Under the pieces are notes generated by a model that was not told the origin of the DNA, ran no database searches, and saw only the letters and a program-made list of their open reading frames with translations. DNA of 64,000 nucleotides from Cirrosporium novae-zelandiae. Taxonomy: Eukaryota. Shown in pieces: positions 14,591 through 26,856 of this stretch. Positions within the stretch are counted from its first letter, which is position 1, and every line of letters begins with the position of its first letter. The stretch lies in assembly GCA_026023565.1 (NCBI GenBank), contig JAPETS010000004.1, forward strand, positions 186,001 through 250,000, read 5' to 3'. The position numbers were made by a program, and so were the translations under genes.

Positions 14591-16589
14591 TCATACTGCC
14601 AGCCCAGCAGATTCCATCTGTCTAGGTTCACCAGCGGCTTCAAACGTGCCATTAGGCAACCATCTAATCCCCTGCACAGCACTCAAATACGAAGGCATCT
14701 CGGTAGCATTATGATTCAGATTCTTTAGAAACGAGATCGTGCTAGTATCGTAAGCGGATTCATGAAACATTAAATTCGGCATGAGCTGGTCGTGGAATCT
14801 GGGCATTTCGAGAGCTGCGGGGACATTCATATGGTGGTCGAGAACGTGCCAGACGCATTGGAGGGTGGAGGTTATGATGCGGGAGCCTCCGGCGGCGCCG
14901 ATGATTAGGTAGGGGAGTGGAGAGGAGAGGGAGTGTGTGGCGATGATGGGGGTGATAGAGGAAAGAGGACGTTTTCCGGGGCGGATGTAGTTGGATGGGG
15001 AGGGGACGTAGCCGAATATATTAGTTGTGTTGGGGATAGAGAAGTCTAGAAATGAGGGGGTGGATTAGACATGGCTTGGTGGATGGATGGAGAAAGCTTT
15101 AATACCGTTCATCTCGTTGTTCATTATAATGCCTGTCTCTGGCACCATGACTTGAGAACCGAACCAGCCGTTAATAGTCGTGGTCATAGTGATCGCTAGG
15201 CCACTAGCATCTGCAGTGACAATATGGGAAGTTCCGTGACTATTAGTGATGGGTAAGTATCTGCTTAGATAGATAAAACAAGGACAACGTACGTCTCCCT
15301 ATTTTCGAAACCCGAGGGATTGTAAGCGGAGACATTGAGCGTAGAAAAGTCGGATATCATTCCACGCATACGCACAGTTTCCTTTCCACTAGTCATATTT
15401 CGTTCATATTGATCAATATATTCATCAAGGAATGATGGATCTCCTAGTTCACTTCGCTTCCCATATGCAAATCTCGTAGCTTCCACTAGACGATGAGTGC
15501 TTAAATTTAGCATGTCAGGCTCTTCAAAGCCCTGAAACCCCTCCACAATTTTCAGCGCAGATAAGAGAGTGGTTCCACTAGATGGGGAACCCATACTCGT
15601 CACTCTGTGACCTCGATAATCAATGCTTACAGGTTCTCGGAGAACAACGCTATAGTTGGCGAGATCTTCCATGGTCATTGTTCCGTTTGATGCTTCTAGA
15701 GCCGCGATCATTGTTTTGGCAATGGGGCCTGCGTAAAATGCATCGGCTCCCCACTCCGCAATCGTCTCGAGTGTCTGTGCGAATCTTTTCCGTGTCATTA
15801 TATCGCCTAATCCTAACAGAGTACCATTCGGAGCAAAATCCATAGCCCAGGATGGGTCCAGGGTAAGGAAGTTGTGACCTCCTAGCTTGATTGTGTCATG
15901 CATAATACGGACTAAATCGGCATTCACAGGGAATCCGTCGCGTGCTACTTTTATGGCAGGTTGAAAGACAGTTCGCCAGGGCAAGAGGCCGTAATGACTG
16001 TGAAGATACTCCAGTCCGCGAAGTTCTCCTGGAACACCACTTCTTCGAATTAGCAATTATAACTAGCACGCAAAGATATAAATAGCCAACCTAGCCAACC
16101 CTCCAGTGACCGACCCTTCTACATTACTTTTGTACATATCTTCAAATGCAGCCGCGGGAGCAGTTTCCCTGAAATCGATTGCCTCGTATGTTCCATTGGG
16201 AGACCTCACAAGCATAAAGCCTCCGCCTCCAATGCCACTGTGGTACATTCCTAGATCCGTTGCTTAGTCGTGTGGCAAGGTAAGGGAGATAGGACTGGAT
16301 ACCAATGACGCCCACGCATATTGTCGTTCCTATAAGCTTTCGCAAGTTAGCTTGGAAGCATAAATAGGCAATAGATACTTACAGCATCAGCAGAATTCCC
16401 TCCTTGTTTAAGGATATCGATGCCGATCTGGCTGCAGATGGCATTTTCAGAAGCTACCGCCCCTAATTTGGTTTCGTCGGCTCCATTGCCATCCTGGAGA
16501 ATAACTTGAGCACCCGATGCCGGATAGGCAGCCCCAAAAGTTATGAGGAGCTGCAGAAGAGCCAAGACAAGAGGGAGAGGTTGCAGCAT
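14591..16589 (-). CDS. Gamma-glutamyltranspeptidase (signal-peptide bearing), multi-exon
   Basis: LGAVASEN..CS.IG..IL..GGN.ADA, MYHSGIGGGGFML, IDFRETAP, GVPGELRGL, HGTSHIVTAD (catalytic Thr), RPGKRPLSSI, GAAGGSRI; hydrophobic N-terminus. Confidence 0.95.
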
Positions 16590-17094
16590 GATGTCAAGTA
16601 ATTATGGCACTCTTTAAACGGCTATACCGTTTCTCCCCGGGCTTGAAGTTACGTGCTTGCATGGTGAAAAGGTGAAATCCACTAAAGATATTGATGATGG
16701 GGGAAAAGCGTGCTCGGACTCCTGATAACAAAAGCTTTAGTGAGCAAGTAGTCGCGTGGTCTTATCGTTCCCCGTTAATAGGCACCATAAGCTTCTAGAA
16801 AGTTATTTGTTTGATGAATGAACTTAAATAACTGATAAATATAAAAGCTAAAAGTTTAATTATGAATAAAATTTATATTGTCGTTGTACATAATTCCGAC
16901 TATGTTTTATTTAATACTATAACTACCTAGGTATCCTATCAACACGGCCCTCATCCAAATGTCTACGAGAGGCAAAAAAAAAACACCTTCATGATTGGAA
17001 ACCAACACCTGCTTTATCCAACCGCCAAATATTAACCAAGAATGCTACCTCTGTCCGTTCCATGATTTGCCTTTCCTACTACACGTTCCGCTTT

Positions 17095-18282
17095 TTATGA
17101 CTGATCATCCCCATGGACTGGTAAGATTCGATCCTCCGGGTTTATCTCCGACATCGTTAAAAGTTGGATCTGATCGAGGCTTTCAACTGCAATACCTCCT
17201 TTCGAAGCCCTAATTATATCTGCTTTTTGCGCTTTTTTGATTTCTCCCGTGCACTTATTCCATAAATACCCCTCCTTTAACCATTTCCATGTCAAGTATG
17301 CCCTTAACTCCTTATCGCTAGGCAAAACAACTCTCCATTCCCCCTTGAAATCTATTTCGTCTTCGTTTAAACCTCTTAGTTTATCACGACAGAAGATTCG
17401 CCAACTATCAATAGCATAGGGCCCAATCCCTGGCAGATGAGCGATTTCCCAAGCTACACGAGGATCATCATCAGGTACTATTTCTCCCTTCGGAATATCT
17501 TTACCATTTTCCTTCTTTGGATAATGTAATCGCCGGTATCGCTTTCCTTTTTCTGGGGGGTACAATAGCCATGTTTTTGCAAGACTGATACATTTAAGGG
17601 ACCGTGCATTTTGTAAGCCAAGAGATCGAATCATGTTTGTTAACTCAATGGGGTCTGCGCTAGCTAGATCCTTGACCGTCGGGTAACGTTCTAGTACTGA
17701 ATATAACACAGGCAATGCCTGCTCACCTTTGGTTTTGGTCAGGAATATGGTTGCCATCAGCAGCTTAAATGGCTGATCGGCTAATTTTTCTTGAACCAAA
17801 CCAAAAAAAGAAGCGGACAATGGAGGAAAGGGGAGACAGGACACTGGCTCTGACCTTTTCTTTGGCTCTGTAGGGAAATAGGGAGATTTCATAAACCGAA
17901 TTGTACTTTTTCTGGGGGTGGATGCTGATGCGGGACGCCCCCGCTTCGGTGAAATTGAAGGAGTATTTTGGCTTATGGGCGAAGGCGTTTTTGGGGAGAC
18001 GGTTAAGCTAGATGGATCTTGGAGTTCATCTCTGGGAGCAGAAGGATTTGTGCCTAATGTCTCTGAAAGGGGCGAGGAAGCTTCTGTGGATACCATATCA
18101 TGTGTTCTAGTTTTAGGCTCAGTAGAATCCGAGACTATGCTAGATTGTTCTCCTTGAAAATCTTCAAATGTGCAGGGCTCAATCACTGATAACCCCGAGG
18201 ATTGCGATGGAGATCTGGGAGTGTCCAGAGATTGACTCTGGTATGGAAAATACTTAGACATCTCCTCATCACTGGCAGTCAC
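17095..18282 (-). CDS. HhH-GPD DNA glycosylase domain ORF, MBD4-like (probably the C-terminal part of a frameshifted gene; first ATG at 18261)
   Basis: FGLVQEKLA..PFKLL.ATIFL.KTKG, IRSLGLQN.R, WEIAHLPGIGPYAIDSWRIFCRD, EW..VLP.DKELRAYL.W. Confidence 0.88.
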   Translation of the reverse strand: MTASDEEMSKYFPYQSQSLDTPRSPSQSSGLSVIEPCTFEDFQGEQSSIVSDSTEPKTRTHDMVSTEASSPLSETLGTNPSAPRDELQDPSSLTVSPKTPSPISQNTPSISPKRGRPASASTPRKSTIRFMKSPYFPTEPKKRSEPVSCLPFPPLSASFFGLVQEKLADQPFKLLMATIFLTKTKGEQALPVLYSVLERYPTVKDLASADPIELTNMIRSLGLQNARSLKCISLAKTWLLYPPEKGKRYRRLHYPKKENGKDIPKGEIVPDDDPRVAWEIAHLPGIGPYAIDSWRIFCRDKLRGLNEDEIDFKGEWRVVLPSDKELRAYLTWKWLKEGYLWNKCTGEIKKAQKADIIRASKGGIAVESLDQIQLLTMSEINPEDRILPVHGDDQS

Positions 18283-18284
18283 GC

Positions 18285-19910
18285 CTAATGAATCATCGGG
18301 ATGTTGAAACCCTCCTTAACAGCAGTGTTTTTATTCCCTAGTGCCTTCTTTTTTGTCTTTCGCTTCTTGCGGCTCTTGGCATTGGGAACCTCTGGCTGCA
18401 GTGTGTTATCCGCCATTTGGTCTCTGATCTCTGATGAGTCGAAAATGCTTTCAGAGTCATTATTTTGCTTGTCGTCATGTTTGCGCTTTTTTTTGTGCTT
18501 TTTATGTGGCTTTTCGGTGGAAACGCTGTCTCGGGATTCCGTAGTTAAGCTTGATGGTAGTATTTGCTTCTTTTTGGTTATTGATTTTTTAGTACTTGTC
18601 TGAGCGAGGTTGACTCCAAACATTGGTTCTAAAGGATCTACCACATCTGCTAATGTTCCATCGTTTCTTTCTTTCACCGGCACATGACTTGGCGTATCTT
18701 GTCCTTGTCGCTCATTGGTTTCACGTCGTCTCTTCTTATTCTTTAGCTTTTCTTTCATGTGAGTTCCGCCAACTATCTCCCCGATTTCCGTAGATATGTC
18801 TCTATCTAGCCTAGCCGGTGTGCCTTGAGAGGATATTTTATCCGCAATCCCATGATCTGGATTTTCATACGGAGTCTTTGACCGATCAGATGCACGTGCT
18901 TCAGGTCGATGTTGCTTCTTCCTATTAGGTTGGAACTCTTTAGGCAGCCCACAAGTGAAATTGTCATTTAGCGGGGAGTTTGGTAGGTTACAACTCAAGG
19001 TAGGGCTTGAAGTTTTGAAATCTTTCGGGTTCGATCGGATGTCCGTGCTTTTTGCTTCTTTAAGAGCATCTGTCTTCTGCGGAGCTGGAGTTGTGGTAGG
19101 AGATGTTGCAGGGGAAACGAGCGATTGATACTTCGGGACACTCTTGACTTGAGAAGCGCGCTTTTTAATAGAACAGCCCTCTTTTATCGAGTCTTCAGGG
19201 GAGCATTTGCGTTTTCTACCGGCGCTATCTCGGTTGACTGTCTTTAATGTTGGGGTTTGATGCACTGTGCTAACTTTTTGAAATGGATCTAACTCCTCAC
19301 AACGAAGTTCATAGAAGCTTTTGAAAGGAATCTTGTTAATTGATATATCCACTGCAAACTCTGCCTGCTTGTAAGCATCATTTCGCCTCTTGTCTAGATC
19401 CTTCGACTTAATGGTTAGATCAGTAATCTCCAGTCCAAAACTAGAAGAATCTGTTTCATATCCGAGATCTTTGACACCCGGTCTTTTGTATAGGAGTCGC
19501 CGTCTAGCGTCTCTCGAAACCACATTGCAGTATTTTCTAACGCACTTCATAAGTCGCTTTAAGCCATTTTTATTCAGGCCTATTATTGTTGCAGCGAATG
19601 TACGAAGGTCGCCTTCAAACCGTCGGCGTTCCGTCGTCAAGTGAGGATAGACAAGCTTCTTGATGAAGTCGTGAGAGCGAATGTAGTTCAAGATTTTGTG
19701 CCGAGCATAATAGAGATCTTCATCGAACATATTACCATCAGCCTCAGCGAGTTCCAGTTCATCCAATTTCTCGTCCGGTGGAGCAAGAGCTTGTAGAAGA
19801 TTAAAAAATTCTTCGTCGATCTTAGAAGTATCATAGCATTGATAAAAACTCCCGTTTCCATCTGAGGTGGGAGGTCTTGAATGCTGAGAGACCAGTGCTG
19901 GATGAGGCAT
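18285..19910 (-). CDS. Lys-rich, probably nuclear 541-aa ORF (upstream part of the MBD4-like locus)
   Basis: Intronless long ORF with several basic NLS-like clusters; ends ...KEGFNIPMIH* only 2 nt from the GTG start of the glycosylase ORF, which is in the -1 frame. Confidence 0.75.
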   Translation of the reverse strand: MPHPALVSQHSRPPTSDGNGSFYQCYDTSKIDEEFFNLLQALAPPDEKLDELELAEADGNMFDEDLYYARHKILNYIRSHDFIKKLVYPHLTTERRRFEGDLRTFAATIIGLNKNGLKRLMKCVRKYCNVVSRDARRRLLYKRPGVKDLGYETDSSSFGLEITDLTIKSKDLDKRRNDAYKQAEFAVDISINKIPFKSFYELRCEELDPFQKVSTVHQTPTLKTVNRDSAGRKRKCSPEDSIKEGCSIKKRASQVKSVPKYQSLVSPATSPTTTPAPQKTDALKEAKSTDIRSNPKDFKTSSPTLSCNLPNSPLNDNFTCGLPKEFQPNRKKQHRPEARASDRSKTPYENPDHGIADKISSQGTPARLDRDISTEIGEIVGGTHMKEKLKNKKRRRETNERQGQDTPSHVPVKERNDGTLADVVDPLEPMFGVNLAQTSTKKSITKKKQILPSSLTTESRDSVSTEKPHKKHKKKRKHDDKQNNDSESIFDSSEIRDQMADNTLQPEVPNAKSRKKRKTKKKALGNKNTAVKEGFNIPMIH

Positions 19911-20115
19911 TATGAAGAATAGAGAATGTGCGCCAGGATGGATGTTTGAAGTTGATAATTTAGGGAAATGCTATTCAACTTAGTTGTTTGAACATTTTCA
20001 GCTAAAGTTGTCTGCCTTTTGGCCTCGGTGGTAGAAATGGTTGTCGTTATTGTGTTGAGATGCATGTAAGGCGATGCTGAAAGGCCAATTTGGGGGACGC
20101 GCCTCACGTTCAAGG

Positions 20116-20132
20116 TCGCGTTTTTTCGCGCC
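20116..20132 (-). promoter_or_regulatory. MCB/SCB-like CGCG elements upstream of the glycosylase locus
   Basis: Minus strand GGCGCGAAAAAACGCGA, about 210 nt upstream of ATG 19910; motif match only. Confidence 0.35.
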
Positions 20133-20617
20133 ACACTTAACTACGACTAACTGCCTAAGTATCTACCTAGGTAGATACATGTGAGAAGCCAAGGGAAATG
20201 TTGAAAGATGTGCTAATTACTGTAGCGCCATAGCCATTCACAACTACTTCTTATAATCATGTTGCTCCCTAGATAACTGGAAGCTATTTGCGGAAAAAGT
20301 GTTGTTGAATGCTATCCTAAATAAACTAAAGAATGACAGTTATCCATAGATTAAAAAAGTCATATCTTTGACACTTTTTATTTTCATTATCACTGTCAGT
20401 CCATCTCCACAAAAGCTCGCAGTCAGCGATTTTTTTTATTTTTCTAGTGATAATTTCGTAAAAGTTATGCGGTGCTTTAAAGCATAAAGGAGCTTTCATC
20501 TCAATTCCATGATATTTTTCGCTTTGAGCCTCCAAACCATATAGAGATATAGGAATGAAAAAAAAGAAACCAGCCAAGAGCGAACAAAGGGCTGAGTTGG
20601 TCAAAGGATGATCATAT

Positions 20618-21131
20618 CTATGGCTTCTGTTGTTGCTGGCTCCCCTGGTTGGGATTTGGGCCTGAGCCTCTCATAGTACTGCAGTATATCTATCGTTAGC
20701 CAACACTTAAGATATCTAAGGCCCAATGCAGTTATGCTGCATAGCACAATCAAATTGACACCCACCTGTTCCACAAAGTGCCAAAGAAGCCACTCTTGAC
20801 CTCGGCATCATGCATGCTGCTTCTCGTATTCATTTGCGTCACATTCTCGTGGTCTCGCTTCTGGCTCATGAGACCAGAGAACATACCTCCGGCGCTAGAG
20901 GCACTACTACGGCGACGACTAGAAGTGGGGGACTGAGATAATGTAGGATATGATATTAGTATAGGTGGAAAATCGTAATGGAAAACTAAGGCGAGGAGGC
21001 GAACAAGGAGTACATACAGAACTGAATAGGCCAATCTCATCGGGCTTGCCCATGTTATTTGCTGGGGTTGGGGTCGTTGATGTGCCACCTTTGACGGTCC
21101 CAGTTTCACGGTTTTGAGAGCTGGACGACAT
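20618..21131 (-). CDS. Small Con-8-like (conidiation-specific protein 8 family) protein, 3 exons
   Basis: RRRSSAS..GMFSGLMSQKR...RSSMHD...SGFFGTLWN motif; two canonical introns; ends GSQQQQKP*. Confidence 0.7.
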
Positions 21132-21939
21132 TCTTCTTGTATCTGGAAGCTCTCTTGAGTAATGGACGTTTGGATAATGGTTAGGCATGGGGCTAGAATA
21201 TATCTTCTATCTACTTATATATGACGATAGGTGGTATGATGGTAGTGAAAAGAATGATGACGAAGAGATGGAGGTAAGTACCTGGATGAGCAGACAGTTT
21301 ATATCAAGGCACTCAAGGCTTCGTAAGCTTTCCATCAATGAATCCTCAAGGATAGTGGGCCATTTAGGAAGAGCGGGGCTAGTCGTGGCTCTCCTAAAAA
21401 GCAACAATGCATGAAAAGCATTTCAGTAATGTGCTTGAAGACAAAGGATGAACGATAAAACCCCTCTTGTGAAGTCATGGATTGAGGGCTGATTGGGTAC
21501 GGGGAAGATGGAAGGTGTGCCTGGTGGTTTATTCGCTAGGCTAACAACAATGTTCCAATTGAATGAAGGAAAGGTACCAGTACTCGGAATTGTATTTTCG
21601 ACCGTAGATGCCTCGTTGTTTGTCTTGTACAGGAGTAGACGAAACAGATTGAATCGATTGATGGCATCATATTCGGATGATGACTCTTATCTTATCGGTG
21701 GGGTCGAGATCTTGCCGAAGTAGCATGCTGTACGGTGTACTATAAGAACAAGAATAGCAGAAAGCTTCACGAGGCACTTTCAACAAGAAATTGACCAACA
21801 TTCAATCAGACAAGCTATAGGATAATCATTACACTTCATGAATTTAGCCGTTCACTCCAACCATCCCCCTCTTGCCATGAGCATTTTCAGCAGCCATACA
21901 ACATTCACCACCTTTTTTTTTTATAAAACTTCTTCCCTA

Positions 21940-24900
21940 TTATTCTTTAAGAATCTTACAGATCAAGTCCTGTCCATCCACTGAATCTCCTTCTTTAACT
22001 TGTAACGACCCAATTGTACCATGATGCGGCGCACTGATGACCATTTCCTAATAATAATATTAGTTTTGGATGAAATTATAGTGTTGTTCTGACTAGGGAT
22101 ACTTACCATCTTCATGGCACTGAGCACAGCAACAGGATCCCCTTTCTTGACCTCAATGCCCTCGTGTACTCTCAATTCAACCACAACACCACTCATCGGG
22201 GCACCAACTTGGCTACTATCACTTGGGTCCGCCTTGATTCGGCTTGTGTCATCAATAGAAGCCTTCTTATCCTCAACGGCTACTTGACGAACTTCTCCGT
22301 TCATCTCGAAGAAGACATCCCGTTGTCCCGTTTGCTCAGACAGAGGGCCGACAGCCAATAACTTGAGAATTAGAACTTTACCACGCTCCAATTCAACATG
22401 AAACTCCTCGTTGATTTCAGGCCGAGTAAGGAAGTATCGGGTTGGGAGAACAGAAAGATCTCCATATTTTTCAATGAATTTCTTATAGGCCTCGAATACC
22501 TTGGGATACATAGCGTAACTAGCCACATCGTACTCATTAGCGATGCCATATTTCTCTTTGATATCCTTCTTGATTTGCTCAAGGTTCATCGATTCAAGGT
22601 ACAGGCCAGGACGTTTGTCCATCTTCCTACGACCTCGGAGAGCCTTGGTTCGAAGTGGTTCGGGGAATCCTCCGTATGGCTGGCCCATAAGACCTTCGAA
22701 GAACTCCAGGACTGATCCAGGGAAGTCAAGCTCATCGGCCTTAGCAATAACGTCGTCATAATTCAATTTATTCGAAACCATGAATTGTGCAAGATCACCA
22801 ACGACCTTCGAAGTTGGGGTGACTTTGACGATATCTCCGAGTAAATCATTTGCCTGCTCATAGGCTTTCTTAGTCTCTGCCCATTGAGCACCAAGACCCA
22901 GCTGGGACGCTTGGAAGATCAGGTTGGTAAGTTGTCCACCAGGGATTTCATGCTCATAGACTTCCGGATCAGGACCAGTAAGGCCGGCCTCAAATCCAGA
23001 ATAGAGAAGACGAAGTTGAGCCCAATAGCTATCGATAGCTCGAATATGCTTAATATTTAGTTGAGGGTCGTAGTCGGTGCCTTCAAGGGAAGCAAGGAGA
23101 GCCCCCACACTTGGTTGTGAAGTCATACCGGACAAGCTGTCGGTAGCCGTATCCACAGCATCGGCGCCTGCCTCTGCACAAGCTTTCATGGATGCAACAC
23201 CGGTACCGGCAGAATCATGGGTGTGAACATGGATAGGCAAGTCAGGGTACTTCTTCCTAATAGAACCCACTAGCAAGGTCGCAGCCTTTGGCTTGAGAAC
23301 ACCTGCCATATCCTTGATTCCAAGGGTATGGGTGCCGATCTTAACGATTTTATCGACAAGATCCATGTAATATTGGAGATTATATTTCTTTTTCGGATTA
23401 AGCATATCGCCGCTATAGCAGATGGTGCCCTCAACGACACCACCAGCTGCTTGAACAGCCTTCATACCGACTTCAAGTTGATCAATGTCGTTCAGGGCAT
23501 CGAAGACTCGGAATATATCAACACCACATCTCTTAGCCTGGCCACAGAAATGGTAGATCGCATTGTCAGGTAATGATGAATATGCCACACCATTTGCTCC
23601 ACGAAGAAGCATCTGAAAAGGAATGTTGGGAACAGCTCTTCGCATCTTCTTTAATCGATCCCATGGGTCTTCATACAAGAAACGCATTGCAACATCAAAA
23701 GTGGCACCACCCCAGCATTCCAGACTATATGCATTGCTATAGGCATAGCTTGTTTCTGCAGCGATGTTTATCATATCCACGGTTCTCACTCTGGTTGCAA
23801 GCAATGATTGATGTGCATCGCGCCATGTGGTATCCATAATAAGGCATCCTTTATTAGCACGGATTGCTTTAGCAAATGCAGCCGGACCTTCCTTGTCAAT
23901 AATGTTCTTCCAACCCTTAGTGCAAGGCGTGCTAACATCAAGTTCCTTTCCAGCATCATCATATAGTATAGGCTTAATGATTTCTGACCTCAATTTAGGT
24001 TCTCCAATTTGGCCCTTGATGCTACTACCGTTTACCGCAACATCACCAAGATATGCAAGCAGCTTCTGCGCACGATTCTGGCTGCGAACCAAGGCAAATA
24101 GCTCGGGAGTGTCATCGATGAAAGTCGTCCAGCAGTTGCCCTCGATGAAAACAGGATGTGTCAAGAGGGATGCCAAGAAGGGGATATTCGTTTTAACACC
24201 TCTAATACGAAACTCCACGAGAGCCCGGAGCATTTTCCGGCGCACAATCTCATACGTAGAACCATGACAAGTGCACTTAACCAACATAGAATCATAGTAG
24301 GGAGTAATGATTGCACCAGCAAATCCATTACCACCATCAAGACGAACGCCGTTACCACCGGATGAGCGATATACTTCAATTTTTCCCGTATCCGGTGAGA
24401 ACCCTTTAGCAGGGTCTTCTGTAGTAATCCGGCATTGAATTGCGAACCCGCGAGTGGAAATCCGTTCTTGAGTAAGTCCAAGCTGTTCCAGAGAAGCTCC
24501 AGCAGCAATCTGGATCTGTGCCGCAACAATATCGATGCCTGTGATTTCTTCTGTGATGGTATGTTCGACCTGAATCCTAGGGTTGATCTCGATAAAGTAG
24601 TAACGATCCTGTCTATCCACCAAAAACTCGGCTGTGCCAGCATTGCGATAATTCACCGATTTTGCGAGTTTAACTGCATCTCTAAGGATGTTCTCACGAA
24701 CTCTATGAGGTAAATCCTTTGCCGGAGCTAACTCGACCACCTTCTGGTGGCGACGCTGGACACTGCAATCTCTTTCGTAAAGATGGACTACATTGCCATG
24801 ATTATCACCAAGAAGCTGCACTTCAATGTGCTTGGGCTTGTCGAGGAAACGCTCGACGAAAACGGTGCCGTTTCCAAATGCAGATTTGGCCTCGGAAGTG

Positions 24901-25972
24901 GCACGTTCAAATGAGTCTTTAAGATCTTCCTGTTTTCTGACTACTCGCATGCCACGACCACCACCTCCAAAGGCAGCCTTGATTATGATGGGAAATCCAT
25001 GCTGGTCGGTGAAGGCTTTGACATCCTCGTATTTGTCAACTGGGCCAGGAGTTCCAGGTACAACAGGAACCTGACACTGCATAGCCAACTTTCGTGCAGA
25101 GACCTTATCACCTAAACCATCGATTGTTTCAGGTGTTGGTCCTACGAATATGAGGCCTGCCTTCTCGACCTTTCTTGCGAATTCGGCATTTTCGGAAAGG
25201 AAACCATATCCAGGATGTATCATGTTAACTTCATGTTGAAGCGCTATTTTAATGATTTCGTCTCCAGCAAGGTATGCTTGGACTGGCGTATATTGCCCTC
25301 GTTTTCCAATCACATATGCTTCATCGGCCTCTGAAGGGGGTGTGTGAATTAGTACAAGAAGAGTATGACGGATAATTGATGTTCCTCATCAGGTAGTACT
25401 TACTCTGCCGGTGCATGCTAAGCCTATCTTCATGACTATTGCATTGTCAGCGTAGTCCTATCAAGATGGTGATAGCTCAAGATACCTGAAGACGGCAACT
25501 GTGTGAAGAGATAGTTCATGGGCCTAAAGAGGTATATGTCAGTAACAATGCTACCATGTATATACTGTATAGTAAAAGTTTGCCTGATATGACCTGGAAT
25601 GTGAAGATAACATACCGTTCGGAAAATCTGAAAATTTTCGATGAGTCAGCCTGAGTTAGCAGTCTTGAAACCAAGAAAATACGCACTCGAATAGCTATAA
25701 AACAAATTAATACCAAGCAGAAGATCAACTGCAGAGATAGTACTTACGTATTTCTCCTCGATTAGCAACTGTTGGAGCGAAGAAGGCGGTATTAGCTTTA
25801 TCGATAACAATGCATGACCAGCAAGTAAGTTCTGGAGCTTCTACTCACCTAGAATCTTCTTCAATTGCATAATAGAGGAATTGGCCCTCAGACGCCTATG
25901 AACCGAGTGTTCATGATTGTTTTCGTCTTCAGATTCGACAATCATCTGGTTGTTGGTGTTTTCAGAAGCCAT
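21940..25972 (-). CDS. PYC1: Pyruvate carboxylase
   Basis: [21 protein letters not shown] rebuilt from micro-exons; IHPGYGFLSEN, GGGGRGMR, ERDCSVQRRHQK, DTTWRDAHQS, biotin site AMKM. Confidence 0.98.
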
Positions 25973-26856
25973 AATGAGGGCTATTTGGAGCAAGTGTATC
26001 GGGTAAGAGGGGCAAAGCCAAGTCACAAGAAGGGCTCCTTAGGGAGACCTGCAGCGACTATCGAAGCTGGAGGCTCGCAGGATACAAAAGGTCCGGATAG
26101 GCTGGCACAGGAAAAGGTATGAATATTTACGGAATATAAAATTTGAAGCTCAGAGGGGGAGGAAAGAAATGTGGGATGAAAGAAGCACGAGCAACGTTGG
26201 GTGGCCCGACAGCGATGACGGAGGGGAGGAAGACTAAGTTACCCCTCCGGTCAATTGCTGCTAGGCGAGCTAAATAGGGCCCGATCTGAAGGCCCCGGGC
26301 CACCGACACATTATCAATTGTTTCCCTTCAATCAGTGGATTCTTTCCTTTTACCGACCACCGCGCCAACGGAAGCTTCTAGGATGATAATGTCTAACAAT
26401 CCCTCAACCCGCATTTGTTGATCTTTTTGGCTTGCCCCCAGTATCTAACTATGTTCCATGCCAGTCAGGGCCAATCAATCAAGACAAAATCAACATGACG
26501 GCACCAGAAATCATGGCCATGTTACTTACCGTAACCCATACCAAAATCTGGGAACTCGGCAATTCCAATCAATTCGTATATATATCCCAATTCTAAATGC
26601 TATTGTAACGACGGATCTGTACCAAGTAGCCAGACATGGACCCTCTAAAATCAATCCCCTTCAAGCGTTCGGGTTATTTACATCCGGCCTTGTTCTTCAC
26701 AACCCGAAATCGACGGAATAAATATCTAAACTCAAACCCCGACCCTCACAGGAGCCCATGGAGCCCTAACGAAAATACCTCGGGTATGCAACTCCTCAAA
26801 CGCCCGAAATACCCGGAAGTCCAAATTTACCGTATTTGTATCTAGTCTAGGCTTAT

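Noticed and set aside
18285..18420. Intron ending at CATTAG (18285) as the explanation for the split glycosylase gene
   Set aside because: No consensus donor, branch point or pyrimidine tract seen nearby; not fully excluded without RNA-seq
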